DNA of 64,000 nt from an uncultured Mailhella sp. (GTDB taxonomy: Bacteria > Desulfobacterota > Desulfovibrionia > Desulfovibrionales > Desulfovibrionaceae), in NCBI RefSeq assembly GCF_944324575.1, contig NZ_CALUWV010000002.1, forward strand, positions 13,706-77,705. Direction: 5' to 3'. This document shows positions 1 through 10,456 of this stretch, one piece after another. How positions within the stretch are numbered: position 1 is the stretch's first letter; each line of letters starts with the position of its first letter. The notes under the pieces are model-generated. The model was given only the letters and a program-made list of their open reading frames with translations, was not told the origin of the DNA and made no database searches. Position numbers and translations under genes: made by a program.

Positions 1-2
1 AA

Positions 3-182
3 AGATTCGACGACAACGCCCTCACCCCCGACACGCTGAGCCTTGCCGTGAACGACTTTCTGGCGCAGGTCTCGGTCTGGAAAAAGAGGCTGGCCGAGCT
101 CAACGCCGCACCCGACGTGGAAGAAGCGCCGTCGGAAGGCACGTCTCTCGACACCATGAACAACTTCGGCATGTTCGTCTGA
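3..182 (+). CDS. 3' end of a CDS truncated by the window edge; possibly a CesT/Tir-type type III secretion chaperone
   Basis: Frame 3 reads RFDDNALTPDTLSLAVNDFLAQVSVWKKRLAELNAAPDVEEAPSEGTSLDTMNNFGMFV* (TGA at 180-182) and is followed by a hairpin. The L..F.....W...L helix resembles CesT-family C-termini, but the assignment is weak. Confidence 0.45.
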   Translation, partial: RFDDNALTPDTLSLAVNDFLAQVSVWKKRLAELNAAPDVEEAPSEGTSLDTMNNFGMFV

Positions 183-203
183 TCATAAAAGACTTAAAAC
201 ATC

Positions 204-241
204 AGGGCCGGCGCTGCACAAGGCAGATGCCGGCCCTTTTG
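204..241. terminator. Intrinsic terminator between convergent genes
   Basis: agggccggc...gccggccct inverted repeat followed by a T-run; lies between the partial CDS and the proB stop. Confidence 0.75.
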
Positions 242-259
242 TGTCCAAAAAACACGCGA

Positions 260-1402
260 CTATACTGCCGCGTTGATGAGCAGATTGTCGCGATGGATGA
301 CCTCGGGATAATGGGCATCACCGAGAACGGCGGCCACTTCCACGCGACGAAGCCCCTTGATGCGTTCAAGGTCCTCCGAAGAATAGTTGGTGAGGCCAAC
401 GCCTATGTGATGCTCCCCGCAGATGACGCGCACGAGAGCTCCGGGCTCAAAGCTGCCTTCCACGGCCGTCACGCCGCCGGGCAGCAGACTTCCGCCCTTT
501 TCTTCCAGCGCACGGGCCGCGCCCTCGTCAACCAGAACGCTGCCCTGAGGCTCGGACTGATAGGCCATCCAGTACTTGCGGCGGGATACGGACTGTTCCG
601 CAGGACATACCCAGGTACCCACCTGCTCGCCGGCAAAGGCGCGGTCAAGAATGTCGGGACGACGCCCGGGCAGAATGAGCGTGGGCACGCCGAGCTGAGC
701 CGCCCGACGGGCGGCCATGAGCTTGGAGCGCATGCCGCCGGTTCCCACGCTGGTCTTGGCGCCGCAAAGAGACTCTATGTCCAGAGAGGCGATGTCCTCT
801 ATGCTGTCAAGATAGGGAACAACCTCGCCGGGAGCCACCTTTTCGGGATTGATCGCCAGAACGCCGTCTGCGCTCGTAAGATTGATGTAAAGATCCCCTT
901 CCACCAGATTGAGCAGAAGACTCGCAAGCTGGTCATTGTCGCCGAACTTGAGTTCCTGCACGGCCACGGTATCGTTCTCATTGACAATGGGCACCACGCC
1001 CCAGTCGAGCAGGTTCATGAAGGTGTTGCGGGCATTGAGAAAGCGGGTGCGACTGCGCAGGTCATCCCTGGTGAGCAGCACCTGAGCGCACAGAAGTCCC
1101 TGCGAGGCAAAGGCGTGCTCGTACTCGCGCATGAGGCAGCCCTGACCTATGGCGGCAAGAGCCTGCTTGCCGGAAAGCCCTACCACGGTGCGGCCGCGGT
1201 CGGGCAACGCCGTTCTTCCGGCCGCCACGGCGCCGGAACTGACCAGACAGACACGCCTGCCCTGACGAACCAGACGGGCCAGTTGTTCCACGAGATTGTA
1301 CAGCACGGAAAGGTGCAGACCGTCGGCCGTGGTAAGTACGGCGCTGCCCACCTTCACCACAAGGGTGTGCGCCGTTTTCAGCGTCTTTTCACGGGTATTC
1401 AT
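260..1402 (-). CDS. proB: Glutamate 5-kinase
   Basis: VVKVGSAVLT, SSGAVAAG, NENDTV, FGDND and GTGGM motifs, plus a C-terminal PUA domain; start overlaps the obgE stop. Confidence 0.97.
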   Translation of the reverse strand: MNTREKTLKTAHTLVVKVGSAVLTTADGLHLSVLYNLVEQLARLVRQGRRVCLVSSGAVAAGRTALPDRGRTVVGLSGKQALAAIGQGCLMREYEHAFASQGLLCAQVLLTRDDLRSRTRFLNARNTFMNLLDWGVVPIVNENDTVAVQELKFGDNDQLASLLLNLVEGDLYINLTSADGVLAINPEKVAPGEVVPYLDSIEDIASLDIESLCGAKTSVGTGGMRSKLMAARRAAQLGVPTLILPGRRPDILDRAFAGEQVGTWVCPAEQSVSRRKYWMAYQSEPQGSVLVDEGAARALEEKGGSLLPGGVTAVEGSFEPGALVRVICGEHHIGVGLTNYSSEDLERIKGLRRVEVAAVLGDAHYPEVIHRDNLLINAAV

Positions 1403-2505
1403 TATTCACGCGTCCATATCACTTCAATGTCGGGGAACTCTTCATCAACCACCACTTCCTCCTGATAATGGACGAAGGGGTCATTGAAATCCAGTTCGTC
1501 GCGCAACTTCCACATACGTTCCACAAGCTCGTCGAGCCCTATGCTCTCACGGGCGGAAACGAACACGATGTCGCGCCCGTCGGCCTTCGCCCGGGCTTTG
1601 ACGGCCTCAAGCTCCTCCGGCGTGCGCAGGTCTATCTTGTTGACGACCTCTATCTGACGACGCAGCGCAAGTTCCGGATCAAAGCGGGAGAGCTCTTCGT
1701 TGATGAGGTCAAAACCTTCCCAGGGATTCTCCGACTCGAGGTTCACGTCCTCAATGCTGAGAATGTGCACGAGAAAACGCGTGCGCTCCACGTGACGCAA
1801 AAAGCGGTCACCAAGGCCCTGACCGGCGTGCGCGCCCTCAATGAGGCCGGGGATGTCGGCAATGACCATGCGCCTGTCGGGATCACAGTCGTCAATGAGC
1901 ACGCCGAGGTTGGGGGTCAGCGTGGTAAAGGGATAGTCCGCAATCTTGGGACGGGCCGCGGACACACGGGAAAGAAAGGTGGACTTACCGGCATTGGGCA
2001 GACCGAGAAGTCCGGCGTCGGCCAGAATCTTGAGTTCCAGACGGAAGCTGCGTTCCTCGCCGGGTTCGCCCTTCTGCGCAAAGCGCGGCGCACGCATGGT
2101 GGAGGACTTGAAATGCTCGTTGCCCTTGCCGCCGCGACCGCCCGCTGCAAGCAGCACCAGCTTTTCGGGATCGGAAATATCGGCAAAAAGCACTTCGCCT
2201 TCGCCGGTGCGTTCATAGAGCTGCGTTCCCGCGGGAAGCTCAATGATGAGATCCTCGCCCTTGTGACCGTCACACTGACTGCCCATGCCCCCCTGACCGT
2301 TGGGAGCCTCGTAAATACGCTTCAGACGGAAATCGTACAGACTGTACAGTCTGGTAGAGGCGCGGGCGTACACGTTGCCGCCGTCGCCGCCGTTGCCGCC
2401 GTCAGGGCCGCCCTTGGCCACGAACTTTTCACGGCGGAAGGAAACACAGCCGTTTCCTCCCTTGCCGGCCTTTACCTGAATGGTGGCTTCATCCACAAAT
2501 TTCAT
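1402..2505 (-). CDS. obgE: GTPase ObgE/CgtA
   Basis: MKFVDEA start, Gly-rich Obg fold, GLPNAGKST, DYPFTT, DIPG and NKID motifs. Confidence 0.98.
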   Translation of the reverse strand: MKFVDEATIQVKAGKGGNGCVSFRREKFVAKGGPDGGNGGDGGNVYARASTRLYSLYDFRLKRIYEAPNGQGGMGSQCDGHKGEDLIIELPAGTQLYERTGEGEVLFADISDPEKLVLLAAGGRGGKGNEHFKSSTMRAPRFAQKGEPGEERSFRLELKILADAGLLGLPNAGKSTFLSRVSAARPKIADYPFTTLTPNLGVLIDDCDPDRRMVIADIPGLIEGAHAGQGLGDRFLRHVERTRFLVHILSIEDVNLESENPWEGFDLINEELSRFDPELALRRQIEVVNKIDLRTPEELEAVKARAKADGRDIVFVSARESIGLDELVERMWKLRDELDFNDPFVHYQEEVVVDEEFPDIEVIWTRE

Positions 2506-2804
2506 ATGCTTTCCTCACGATTGGGACGCAACACCGCATGGCGGCGGCAAAAGGATTCCGTCCGCCGCCCGGGACGCGGAGACTGTTCTGCTCACTAACG
2601 AAACGACATCCTTCTCACGAAGCAGAAAACGGCATTCGCTCGACGGACGCCGCCGGCAGATGCGGCACGCGTCGGATTCAGAGAGGGGGATGCCGCCGGG
2701 CAAGCCGCCGGATGCGGCAAAAGGCCTGCTTCCCCGAAAAAAGACACAAAGGGCGAGAAGAGCCATGGCCCTTCTCGCCCCAACAAATCATGCCGTAAGC
2801 GCAA

Positions 2805-3080
2805 TTACGCCGCGGCTTCCGCGGGCACGATGCTCACGCGCTTGTGCACGCGACGCTTGCGGAGGAACTTTTCAAACTTCACCACGCCGTCGCACTTGGC
2901 GAAAAGGGTGTAGTCGCGGCCCATGCCGACGTTGGCGCCGGGATAAACCACGGTGCCGAGCTGACGAACGATGATGTTGCCGGCAAGAACATGCTGGCCG
3001 CCGAAGCGCTTCACGCCTCTGCGCTGACCTTCACTGTCACGACCGTTGCGGGAGCTGCCGCCTGCTTTTTTATGTGCCAT
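2805..3080 (-). CDS. rpmA: 50S ribosomal protein L27
   Basis: [16 protein letters not shown]...[10 protein letters not shown]. Confidence 0.99.
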   Translation of the reverse strand: MAHKKAGGSSRNGRDSEGQRRGVKRFGGQHVLAGNIIVRQLGTVVYPGANVGMGRDYTLFAKCDGVVKFEKFLRKRRVHKRVSIVPAEAAA

Positions 3081-3113
3081 GATGAAACTCCTTGGAAAAT
3101 AACGGTACGCCCG

Positions 3114-3422
3114 TTAGGCGACGATACCGGTAACAGTAAGAACGGTGTATTCCTGACGATGGCCCTGGGTGCGACGTTCGGCCTTGCGGCGCTTGTGCTT
3201 GAACACCACGATCTTGTCGCCGAGGATGTGATCAACGACCTTGGCGGTCACCTTGGCGCCTTCCACGACAGGGGTGCCGATCTTGGTGTTTTCGCCGCCG
3301 ATCATGAGCACGCGGTCGAGGGACACTTCGCTGTCCTTTTCAGCGTTCATGAGGTCGACAACCACCTTGTTGCCTTCCTGAACGCGGTACTGCTTGCCGA
3401 GCACTTCAACAATAGCGTACAT
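3114..3422 (-). CDS. rplU: 50S ribosomal protein L21
   Basis: MYAIVEVLGKQYRV...GHRQEYT; directly upstream of rpmA. Confidence 0.98.
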   Translation of the reverse strand: MYAIVEVLGKQYRVQEGNKVVVDLMNAEKDSEVSLDRVLMIGGENTKIGTPVVEGAKVTAKVVDHILGDKIVVFKHKRRKAERRTQGHRQEYTVLTVTGIVA

Positions 3423-4114
3423 TAAAACCTCCGAAAAACGGGTCAGAAATGAAGCCTGCTTCCCATATTACAGGTAAACCGGCGAACCGGAAGCCGCTTT
3501 ATGCGGCGCACACTCCCTGAATGATGCTGGCAGGCATGATGACCTGTTCCCGTCGGTCGGTGCAGGTGCGCCGCTCAAAAGAGAGGCGACTTTTTCCATT
3601 ACAGGCAAGTGCTGTGCATGTCCCTGCGGACATACGAAGGACGTACATATCCCGTTTTTCCGAAAATGGCAAGCCTTTTTCCCTGCCTCGGAAAAATTCT
3701 TCACTCGATGATGGACGGCATGCTTCTCTCCAAAAGCAGACCGGCCCAGAAACGGAAGCCCGTCTGCCGTCGGCGTCTGCTTCAAAAATCCGCCTCAAGC
3801 CTGAATCCGCCCTTTCCCAGCTTCTGAGCGGATGATGACGGGAACTGTTCTCCGGATGTTTTGCCATCTGCTGCGTAATTCCGAACGAAACGAACTGAGG
3901 GAAAAAGCATTCCGCAACGCTCCTCCAGTTTTCGGAAAGAGCACAGGAATGTCACGCCGTTCGGCCGATCGAAGAGACTCTTTTTTCGGACAGTCCGCAG
4001 GACTGGACGGACATTTTCCTCTCAGGCTCTTCTGCAACGGACCCAAAACGGGCCCCTGCAAGCCTCCGCTCTTTCCGTCTTTTGGGAACAGCAGCAGCCA
4101 TTTTCAAGAAAACG

Positions 4115-4528
4115 CTATTCTTTCCCGAGCACCTTTTCTGCGGCGCCAAGCCAGCGCTCAAGCGCGGCGTCAGCCTGTGCCCTGGTTTCGTCGTCCACGT
4201 ACATGGCCACGGCGGCAAGCGCAGCGGCAAGAATACCTATGTCATCGGTAAAGCCAAGAACGGGAACAAGGTCGGGAATGACATCTGCAGGCAGGATAAG
4301 ATATCCCAGCGCCCCTAAAATGATGGCCCGCGTCTTTGCCGGCAGATCCTTGCGCCTCAGCGTATAATAAAGGATGAGGGCAGAACGGAGCCCTTCCCTG
4401 CCTATCTTTCCGGCAAAGCGCAGCAGCTTGGAATGAAAGGCCTCGTCGGAGTACGCCTTCCGGTATGTTCCGTTCACCAGAATTTCCGGCTCCACGACTC
4501 TGCGACCTTCGTCGTCATATTCCGTCAT
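4115..4528 (-). CDS. YkvA / DUF1232 family membrane protein
   Basis: ALGYLILPADVIPDLVPVLGFTDD motif; ATG at 4528 preceded by AGGAG. Confidence 0.85.
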   Translation of the reverse strand: MTEYDDEGRRVVEPEILVNGTYRKAYSDEAFHSKLLRFAGKIGREGLRSALILYYTLRRKDLPAKTRAIILGALGYLILPADVIPDLVPVLGFTDDIGILAAALAAVAMYVDDETRAQADAALERWLGAAEKVLGKE

Positions 4529-4659
4529 GACATCTCTCCTGAACATTGATCGGAGTCCGTCCCTACACCAGTCCGGTGCAGGACAAAAACGCCCACGACT
4601 TCAACGCATCATGTCAGCCGTGCTTTCCATGCCGCAGCGTCAGGTCCTCATCCCCGACG

Positions 4660-4707
4660 CCTGATAAAAAAGGGGAGCCGCAAAGACGGTTCCCCTTTTT
4701 TATCAGG
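4660..4707 (-). terminator. Intrinsic terminator downstream of groEL
   Basis: cctgataaaaaagggga...tccccttttttatcagg 17-bp inverted repeat. Confidence 0.8.
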
Positions 4708-4738
4708 CGCGGCGGGCAAAAGCCCGCCGGGGCATTTT

Positions 4739-6370
4739 TTAGTACATGCCGCCCATGCCGCCCATGCCGGGCGCAGCGGGAGCAGCAGGCTCGGGCTTGG
4801 GCAGTTCAGCAATGGCGCATTCGGTGGTCAGCAGGAGAGCGGCCACGGAAGAGGCATGCTGCAGAGCGAAACGGGAAACCTGCTTGGGGTCGATGATACC
4901 GGCAGCCATGAGGTCTTCGTATTCGCCGGTAGCGGCGTTGAAGCCGAAGCCGTCCTTGCCTTCGCGGACCTTTTCCACGACCACGGAGCCTTCAAAGCCG
5001 GCGTTGGCGGCAATCTGACGCAGAGGTTCTTCCACGGCGCGGCGAACGATGTTCACACCGGCCATTTCTTCTTCGGAAGCCTCGATGTCGTCGAGAACAG
5101 GCAGGCAACGGATGTAGGCAGTACCGCCGCCAGGCACGATGCCTTCGGCAACGGCGGCGCGGGTAGCGTTGAGGGCGTCCTCGACGCGGTCCTTCTTTTC
5201 CTTCATTTCGGTTTCAGTAGCAGCGCCGACCTTGATCACAGCCACGCCGCCGACCAGCTTGGCCAGGCGTTCCTGCAGCTTTTCACGGTCGTAGTCGGAA
5301 GTGGCTTCGCCGATCTGAGCGCGGATCTGAGCCACGCGGGCCTTGATGTCGGCAGACTGGCCGGCACCGTCGACGATGGTCGTGTTGTCCTTGTCGATGT
5401 GCACGCGCTTGGCAGTGCCGAGGTTGGCCAGGGTGAAGTTTTCGAGCTTGACGCCCATTTCGTCGGAAGCCACGGTACCGCCGGTAAGAATGGCGATGTC
5501 CTGCAGCATGGCCTTGCGACGGTCACCAAAGCCGGGAGCCTTGACGGCGGCAACCTGAAGGGTTCCGCGCAGCTTGTTCACCACGAGGGTAGCCAGAGCT
5601 TCGCCTTCCACGTCTTCGGCGATGATGAGCAGAGGACGGTTCATCTTGGCAACCTGTTCGAGGACAGGCAGCATTTCCTTCATGCCGGTGATCTTCTTTT
5701 CCTGGAGCAGGATGAAGGGGTTTTCAAGATCGCACACCAGCTTTTCGGGATCGGTCACGAAATAGGGGGACAGGTAACCGCGGTCGAACTGCATGCCTTC
5801 CACGGTTTCGAGGGTGGTTTCAAGGCCCTTGGCTTCTTCAACGGTGATGACGCCTTCCTTGCCGACCTTGCTCATGGCTTCGGCAATGATGTTGCCGATG
5901 GTGGCGTCGGAGTTGGCGGAAATGGTGCCGACCTGAGCGATTTCCTTCTGGTCGCGGGTGGGCTTGGCAATGTTGCCGAGCTCAGCGGTGATGGCAGCCA
6001 CGGCCTTGTCGATGCCGCGCTTGATGGGCATGGGGTTGCGACCGGCAGCCACAAGCTTCACACCTTCATGATAAATGGCCTGAGCCAGAACGGTGGCGGT
6101 GGTGGTACCGTCGCCGGCGGCGTCGTTGGTCTTGGAGGCCACTTCGCGGACGAGCTGAGCGCCCATGTTCTCGAACTTGTCTTCAAGTTCGATTTCCTTG
6201 GCCACGGTCACGCCGTCCTTGGTGATGACGGGAGCGCCGTAGGCCTTTTCAATGAGCACGTTGCGGCCCTTGGGGCCAAGGGTAACCTTCACGGCATTGG
6301 CAAGCTTATCCACGCCCATGGCCAGACGTTCGCGGGCCTTGGCATCAAAAAGAATCTCTTTAGCAGACAT
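4739..6370 (-). CDS. groEL: Chaperonin GroEL
   Basis: [20 protein letters not shown] and EGMQFDRGY motifs; GGM tail. Confidence 0.99.
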   Translation of the reverse strand: MSAKEILFDAKARERLAMGVDKLANAVKVTLGPKGRNVLIEKAYGAPVITKDGVTVAKEIELEDKFENMGAQLVREVASKTNDAAGDGTTTATVLAQAIYHEGVKLVAAGRNPMPIKRGIDKAVAAITAELGNIAKPTRDQKEIAQVGTISANSDATIGNIIAEAMSKVGKEGVITVEEAKGLETTLETVEGMQFDRGYLSPYFVTDPEKLVCDLENPFILLQEKKITGMKEMLPVLEQVAKMNRPLLIIAEDVEGEALATLVVNKLRGTLQVAAVKAPGFGDRRKAMLQDIAILTGGTVASDEMGVKLENFTLANLGTAKRVHIDKDNTTIVDGAGQSADIKARVAQIRAQIGEATSDYDREKLQERLAKLVGGVAVIKVGAATETEMKEKKDRVEDALNATRAAVAEGIVPGGGTAYIRCLPVLDDIEASEEEMAGVNIVRRAVEEPLRQIAANAGFEGSVVVEKVREGKDGFGFNAATGEYEDLMAAGIIDPKQVSRFALQHASSVAALLLTTECAIAELPKPEPAAPAAPGMGGMGGMY

Positions 6371-6399
6371 GATATGTTCTCCTGAAAAAATAGAGGAAG

Positions 6400-6681
6400 T
6401 TAGTCGAGGATGGCGAGGATGTCTTCTTCGCGCATGATGATGTGATCGGCGCCGTTGACCTTGATTTCGGTACCGGCATACTTGGCGAAGAGCACGACGT
6501 CACCGGGCTTCACTTCCATGGCGACGTGCTCGCCCTTTTCATTCAGCTTGCCGGGACCGCAGGCAATGACTTCACCCTTGGAGGGCTTTTCCTTGGCGGC
6601 ATCGGGGATGAACAGACCACCGGCGGTCTTTTCTTCGGATTCAAGGCGTTTCACGAGCACACGGTCATTCAGGGGTTTCAT
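6400..6681 (-). CDS. groES: Co-chaperonin GroES
   Basis: [12 protein letters not shown]...[13 protein letters not shown]; upstream of groEL. Confidence 0.99.
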   Translation of the reverse strand: MKPLNDRVLVKRLESEEKTAGGLFIPDAAKEKPSKGEVIACGPGKLNEKGEHVAMEVKPGDVVLFAKYAGTEIKVNGADHIIMREEDILAILD

Positions 6682-7292
6682 TACCCATATCCTCCCAAAA
6701 AGATTGTTGTAAAAGAATAGCTCCCGCGCTTCACCGACAAATGTCGGACGAAGTACAAAAGAAACAGCGCGGGAAGCGCTGCCCCCGGGAACCTTCGCTC
6801 CCGGCGACGAACCATAAATAAGCCCGGTTTTGGAGTTGAAAAGGGGCAGAAACGATTTTTTTTGTCCTTTTTACGTAAAAAATAAAAAATGTGTTATATA
6901 TCAGTATGATAAAAATAAAAATAATTTTTATTTTTTCCTCTTTTCCCCTCTCTGTCTCCAGATCGGGCGCTCTTTTGGACAGGCGCAGGAGGACTTGTGA
7001 AGCCTGCCAGCATTTGTCTTTCAAGCTGTTTTCCCTGGCCGCCTTCACACTCCCGTCCGACAGAAAACACTCCGGCAGACAGCATGATGACGCTCCACAA
7101 CTCGGCAGATTCAGGCAAGAATCAGAGAGAAACAAGACTTGCCGTCCGATACGGGAGCTCTATGATGTCATGTCAGCCCGGAAAGTCGCGTCACAGGCTC
7201 CGCCTTCTGTAATCTTCGGACAGGATCGCCAGCCCTTTCCGTTTCTGAAAAGCGCGTTCCGACTGCACACACAACAACTTACGGAGTCAGCC

Positions 7293-8027
7293 ATGACCAG
7301 CATCAACGAATCGTCAGACGCAGTTTTGGACCTGCATGACGTTCAGCCCGATCCCGACCTCGACGCCATGAACGGGCGTCTCGAAAAGGCCGCATTCAGC
7401 CGCAAAAGTCCGCTCGACAGAGAAACACGTCGTCTCCTTCAGCTTGCCGTACTTGCCGCTCTTCAGAGCGACGACGTGAAAACGCTGGCGGAAACGGCGC
7501 TTGATGAAGGCATTTCGCCCGTCATAATCCGGGAAGCGCTCTACCAGTGCGCTCCCTACATCGGCATTCCCCGAACGAAAAACGCGCTGCGCCCCGTCAA
7601 CGGGGTCTTTGCCGCCCGTGGCCTTGCCCTGCCGCTGGAAAGCCGGGCAACAGTGACGGAAGACGACCGCTTTGAAAAGGGCCTCGCCGTGCAAAAGAGC
7701 ATTTTCGGCGACGTCATCGACGCCATGCACGCCGCAGCGAAGGAAAAAGAGAAGGCCATCATGGTCGATCATCTGTCCGCCTTCTGCTTCGGCGACGTCT
7801 ACACAAGAAGCGGCCTTGATCTGAAAACCCGCGAACTTCTCACCTTCTGCATCATCAGCGCTCTCGGCGGATGCGAGTCGCAGGTGAAAAGCCACGTACA
7901 GGGCAACGCGAACGTAGGCAACGAAAAGCAGAAGCTCATTGATGCTCTGGAAACCTGTCTTCCGCTCATGGGCTTTCCCCGCACGCTGAACGCGCTCTGC
8001 TGCGTCAACGCCGTCATGGCTGACTGA
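7293..8027 (+). CDS. Carboxymuconolactone decarboxylase (CMD/AhpD-like) family protein with two domains
   Basis: Tandem LD..TR.LL motifs, PYIGIP / PLMGFP and QVKSH; start set at the ATG after GGAG. Confidence 0.85.
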   Translation: MTSINESSDAVLDLHDVQPDPDLDAMNGRLEKAAFSRKSPLDRETRRLLQLAVLAALQSDDVKTLAETALDEGISPVIIREALYQCAPYIGIPRTKNALRPVNGVFAARGLALPLESRATVTEDDRFEKGLAVQKSIFGDVIDAMHAAAKEKEKAIMVDHLSAFCFGDVYTRSGLDLKTRELLTFCIISALGGCESQVKSHVQGNANVGNEKQKLIDALETCLPLMGFPRTLNALCCVNAVMAD

Positions 8028-8141
8028 GATTCCCCGTCATGCGGCAAGTATCCCTTGACAGTCTTCATCCTTCTTTCTTTAATGAATACAACGCAAGGAG
8101 CGTTGTCACTGGACAAGAACCTTCCACGCTGGAGGAATATC

Positions 8142-8594
8142 ATGAAGACTGCTGCCGACATCATGACCACAAATCCCGTCACCGTCACACGGGAAACCAC
8201 GCTGCGCGACGCGGCCAGGCTTCTGCTTGACGGCCATTTCAACGGCCTTCCCGTTGTGGAAAATGACAAGCTCATCGGCATACTCACGCAGTCCGACCTC
8301 ATCTCGCTGGACAAGAAGCTGGAGACTCCCGGGTATTTTCTTCTGCTCGGCGGAGCCATTCCCATGCAGATGCCGGGCAAGTTCTCCCGCGAGCTGCGCC
8401 GCATGGCCGCAAGCACCGTGGGTGAAGTCATGAGCACCGACCCTCATGCCATTACGCCCGACACGCCGGTAGAGGAAATTGCATCGCTCATGGTGGAGCA
8501 GCGTTACTATACGCTGCCCGTTCAGGAAAACGGCCGACTTGTCGGGGTGGTGGGCATGGAAGACCTGCTCAAGAGACTTGCCGCTGAAGAATGA
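8142..8594 (+). CDS. CBS domain pair protein
   Basis: DIMTTNPVTV...LPVV...GILTQSDL and EVMS...LPV...VGVVGMEDLL; GGAGG RBS. Confidence 0.9.
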   Translation: MKTAADIMTTNPVTVTRETTLRDAARLLLDGHFNGLPVVENDKLIGILTQSDLISLDKKLETPGYFLLLGGAIPMQMPGKFSRELRRMAASTVGEVMSTDPHAITPDTPVEEIASLMVEQRYYTLPVQENGRLVGVVGMEDLLKRLAAEE

Positions 8595-9385
8595 GTCTCC
8601 TGCCGCGCTTCTTCTCTCTTTTCGTTCTTGCACTGACAGCCATCCCCTTTGTGGGATGGCTTGTTCTCATCTGCGCCGATTTTCTTTCTCTCGACGACTG
8701 TCTTTCCCCTCAGCCGGGCTGGCTGGCCTTTGCGCTCATCACCTCCCTGTCGCTCACGCTTCCTCCCGTGCTCCACGGCTGGCCGGATGAAACGCGACCT
8801 CTGCGCGACATCGTGAAGGAAACGGCCCGCGCCATGCTCTTTTCCTTTGCGCTCTTCGCTCTCGTCTTTCTTGCCGGTGCGCGACCGTTCTTTCACTGGC
8901 TCGGCCTTCCGTCCCTCATGCTGCCCATGACGGCCCTTTTTCTTGCGCCGCTTCTTTCCTGTCCGCTGCTCTACATTTCCTACAAAACAGCCGCCGCTCT
9001 GCTGCCCCGTCCCGGTCCTGACACTCCCAGACCGCTCGCCGTCCGGACGTTCGGCGTTCTGTCCATGATTCTTCTCCTCGTTCTTGTCTTTCACGGCGCG
9101 CTGCTGCCCGGAGACCATCCCGTTCCGCTCATTCATTCAAACAGGGCGGGCATGATCGCCGCGGCGTGGCGCTTTTTTGCCCTGAGGCATGTTCTTGTCG
9201 TCTGCGGCAACGCAGGCTTCGTTCCGGCATGGGGCGGCTGCTGTCTCATCTCCGTGCTGGACATGCTGCGTGCTCTGCCCGGAGCCGGAGCGACGGAGCT
9301 CATGATTCTGGGTGTGCTTTTCGCCCTTATGACGGCAAGCTGCGCCTGTCTCCTTTTTCCGTCGAGCCGCCGATGGCTGCGCTGA
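8591..9385 (+). CDS. Hypothetical integral membrane protein
   Basis: 264-aa ORF with several hydrophobic segments, overlapping the CBS gene stop (ATGA). Confidence 0.65.
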   Translation: MSLLPRFFSLFVLALTAIPFVGWLVLICADFLSLDDCLSPQPGWLAFALITSLSLTLPPVLHGWPDETRPLRDIVKETARAMLFSFALFALVFLAGARPFFHWLGLPSLMLPMTALFLAPLLSCPLLYISYKTAAALLPRPGPDTPRPLAVRTFGVLSMILLLVLVFHGALLPGDHPVPLIHSNRAGMIAAAWRFFALRHVLVVCGNAGFVPAWGGCCLISVLDMLRALPGAGATELMILGVLFALMTASCACLLFPSSRRWLR

Positions 9386-10176
9386 GTCCGTCCGCCCCGT
9401 CCCGACGCTCCCGCCGAAAGTCTGACCGTCGCATCGTGGAAGAAAAACAGCTCACGCTGCCCGGCACGGATCTGGACTTTCTCTTTCAGCGCGACGGATG
9501 CCGCAGCCTGCGCATGACGGTGAAAGCCGACGGATCCGTACGCGTCAGAGCTCCGGCCGGGCTGCCGATGTCCCGGGTCTTCTCCTTCATGCGCGCCCGC
9601 CTGACCTGGATTCAGGAAAAGCGAACCTTCTTTGCCGCGCATCGCGGACCATGCGTTCCCGCCCGCGACGGCGCCACCACGCTTTATCTGGCCCGCCCCT
9701 TCACGATCCGCCCCGTGCCCGCCCCCAAAAACGCAATGGCCCGACTTGTCGGTCACGTTCTGGAACTGCCCTGCCGCTGCCGTGGGGGCGATGCCGAAGC
9801 GGACGCCAAAGCCCTGGAGCGAGCCTTCCGCCGCTGGCAGAAAAACATGGCGCATCTTGTACTCGGCCGGCGTCTTTCCCGCATGGACCGCCTCACCCGC
9901 AGCGTGTTCAACGACGACAGGCACGTCTCCTCTCTTGTCGTACGTTCCCTGAAACGTCGCTGGGGCAGTTGCTCCGCCAGAGGCGAAATCACTCTGGCCG
10001 TCCAGCTTATCGCCATGCCGCTTCCTCTCATCGACTACGTTTTATGTCATGAGCTCTGTCACCTCAGAGTCATGAATCACGGCCCCCGCTTTCACGCCCT
10101 TCTGCATACTCTTCTTCCCGATGCGAAAAAACGGGAGCAGCTCATCCACATCTGGGGGCTGGAGCATCCGAGATAG
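9373..10176 (+). CDS. M48/YgjP (DUF45) family metallohydrolase
   Basis: VRVRAP, LKRRWGSCS and YVLCHELCHL (HExxH), then NHGPRF; start uncertain. Confidence 0.88.
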   Translation: MAALSPSAPSRRSRRKSDRRIVEEKQLTLPGTDLDFLFQRDGCRSLRMTVKADGSVRVRAPAGLPMSRVFSFMRARLTWIQEKRTFFAAHRGPCVPARDGATTLYLARPFTIRPVPAPKNAMARLVGHVLELPCRCRGGDAEADAKALERAFRRWQKNMAHLVLGRRLSRMDRLTRSVFNDDRHVSSLVVRSLKRRWGSCSARGEITLAVQLIAMPLPLIDYVLCHELCHLRVMNHGPRFHALLHTLLPDAKKREQLIHIWGLEHPR

Positions 10177-10456
10177 CCCTGCATCAACGGCTCAGCCGGG
10201 CCCTTCTTCCCGCCCGGACTTTTCCTTTCCGACCTGTGTCTTCCCGTCTTCAGACGAGAACTTACCCACTTCCCGCTTCTCCGGCCCGGCCCCTTCGAAA
10301 AACGCCTTCTTCCGTGGATGCAGACGAAAAAACGATACGAAAAAAGCCCGGGAATGCCCCGCAGCGCCTCTCTCCCATATTAACAAGCTCCGTCTTTTGG
10401 CGTAGTCTATCTCCCAAAACGTTCTGTCACCTCTGCCTCATTTCCGGAGACTCATC

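Noticed and set aside
2515-2804. Short ORFs between rpmA and obgE
   Set aside because: No RBS or family motif; composition fits GC-rich intergenic sequence.
227-6385. Long + strand ORFs opposite proB, obgE and groEL, and similar shadow ORFs opposite cstA, glyS, mfd and dnaK
   Set aside because: They are antisense shadows of well-identified genes, expected in high-GC DNA with biased third positions, and carry no recognisable motifs.
6690-7100. CIRCE (HrcA operator) or sigma32 promoter upstream of groES
   Set aside because: No TTAGCACTC-N9-GAGTGCTAA or convincing variant was found, and sigma32-like matches were too weak to call.
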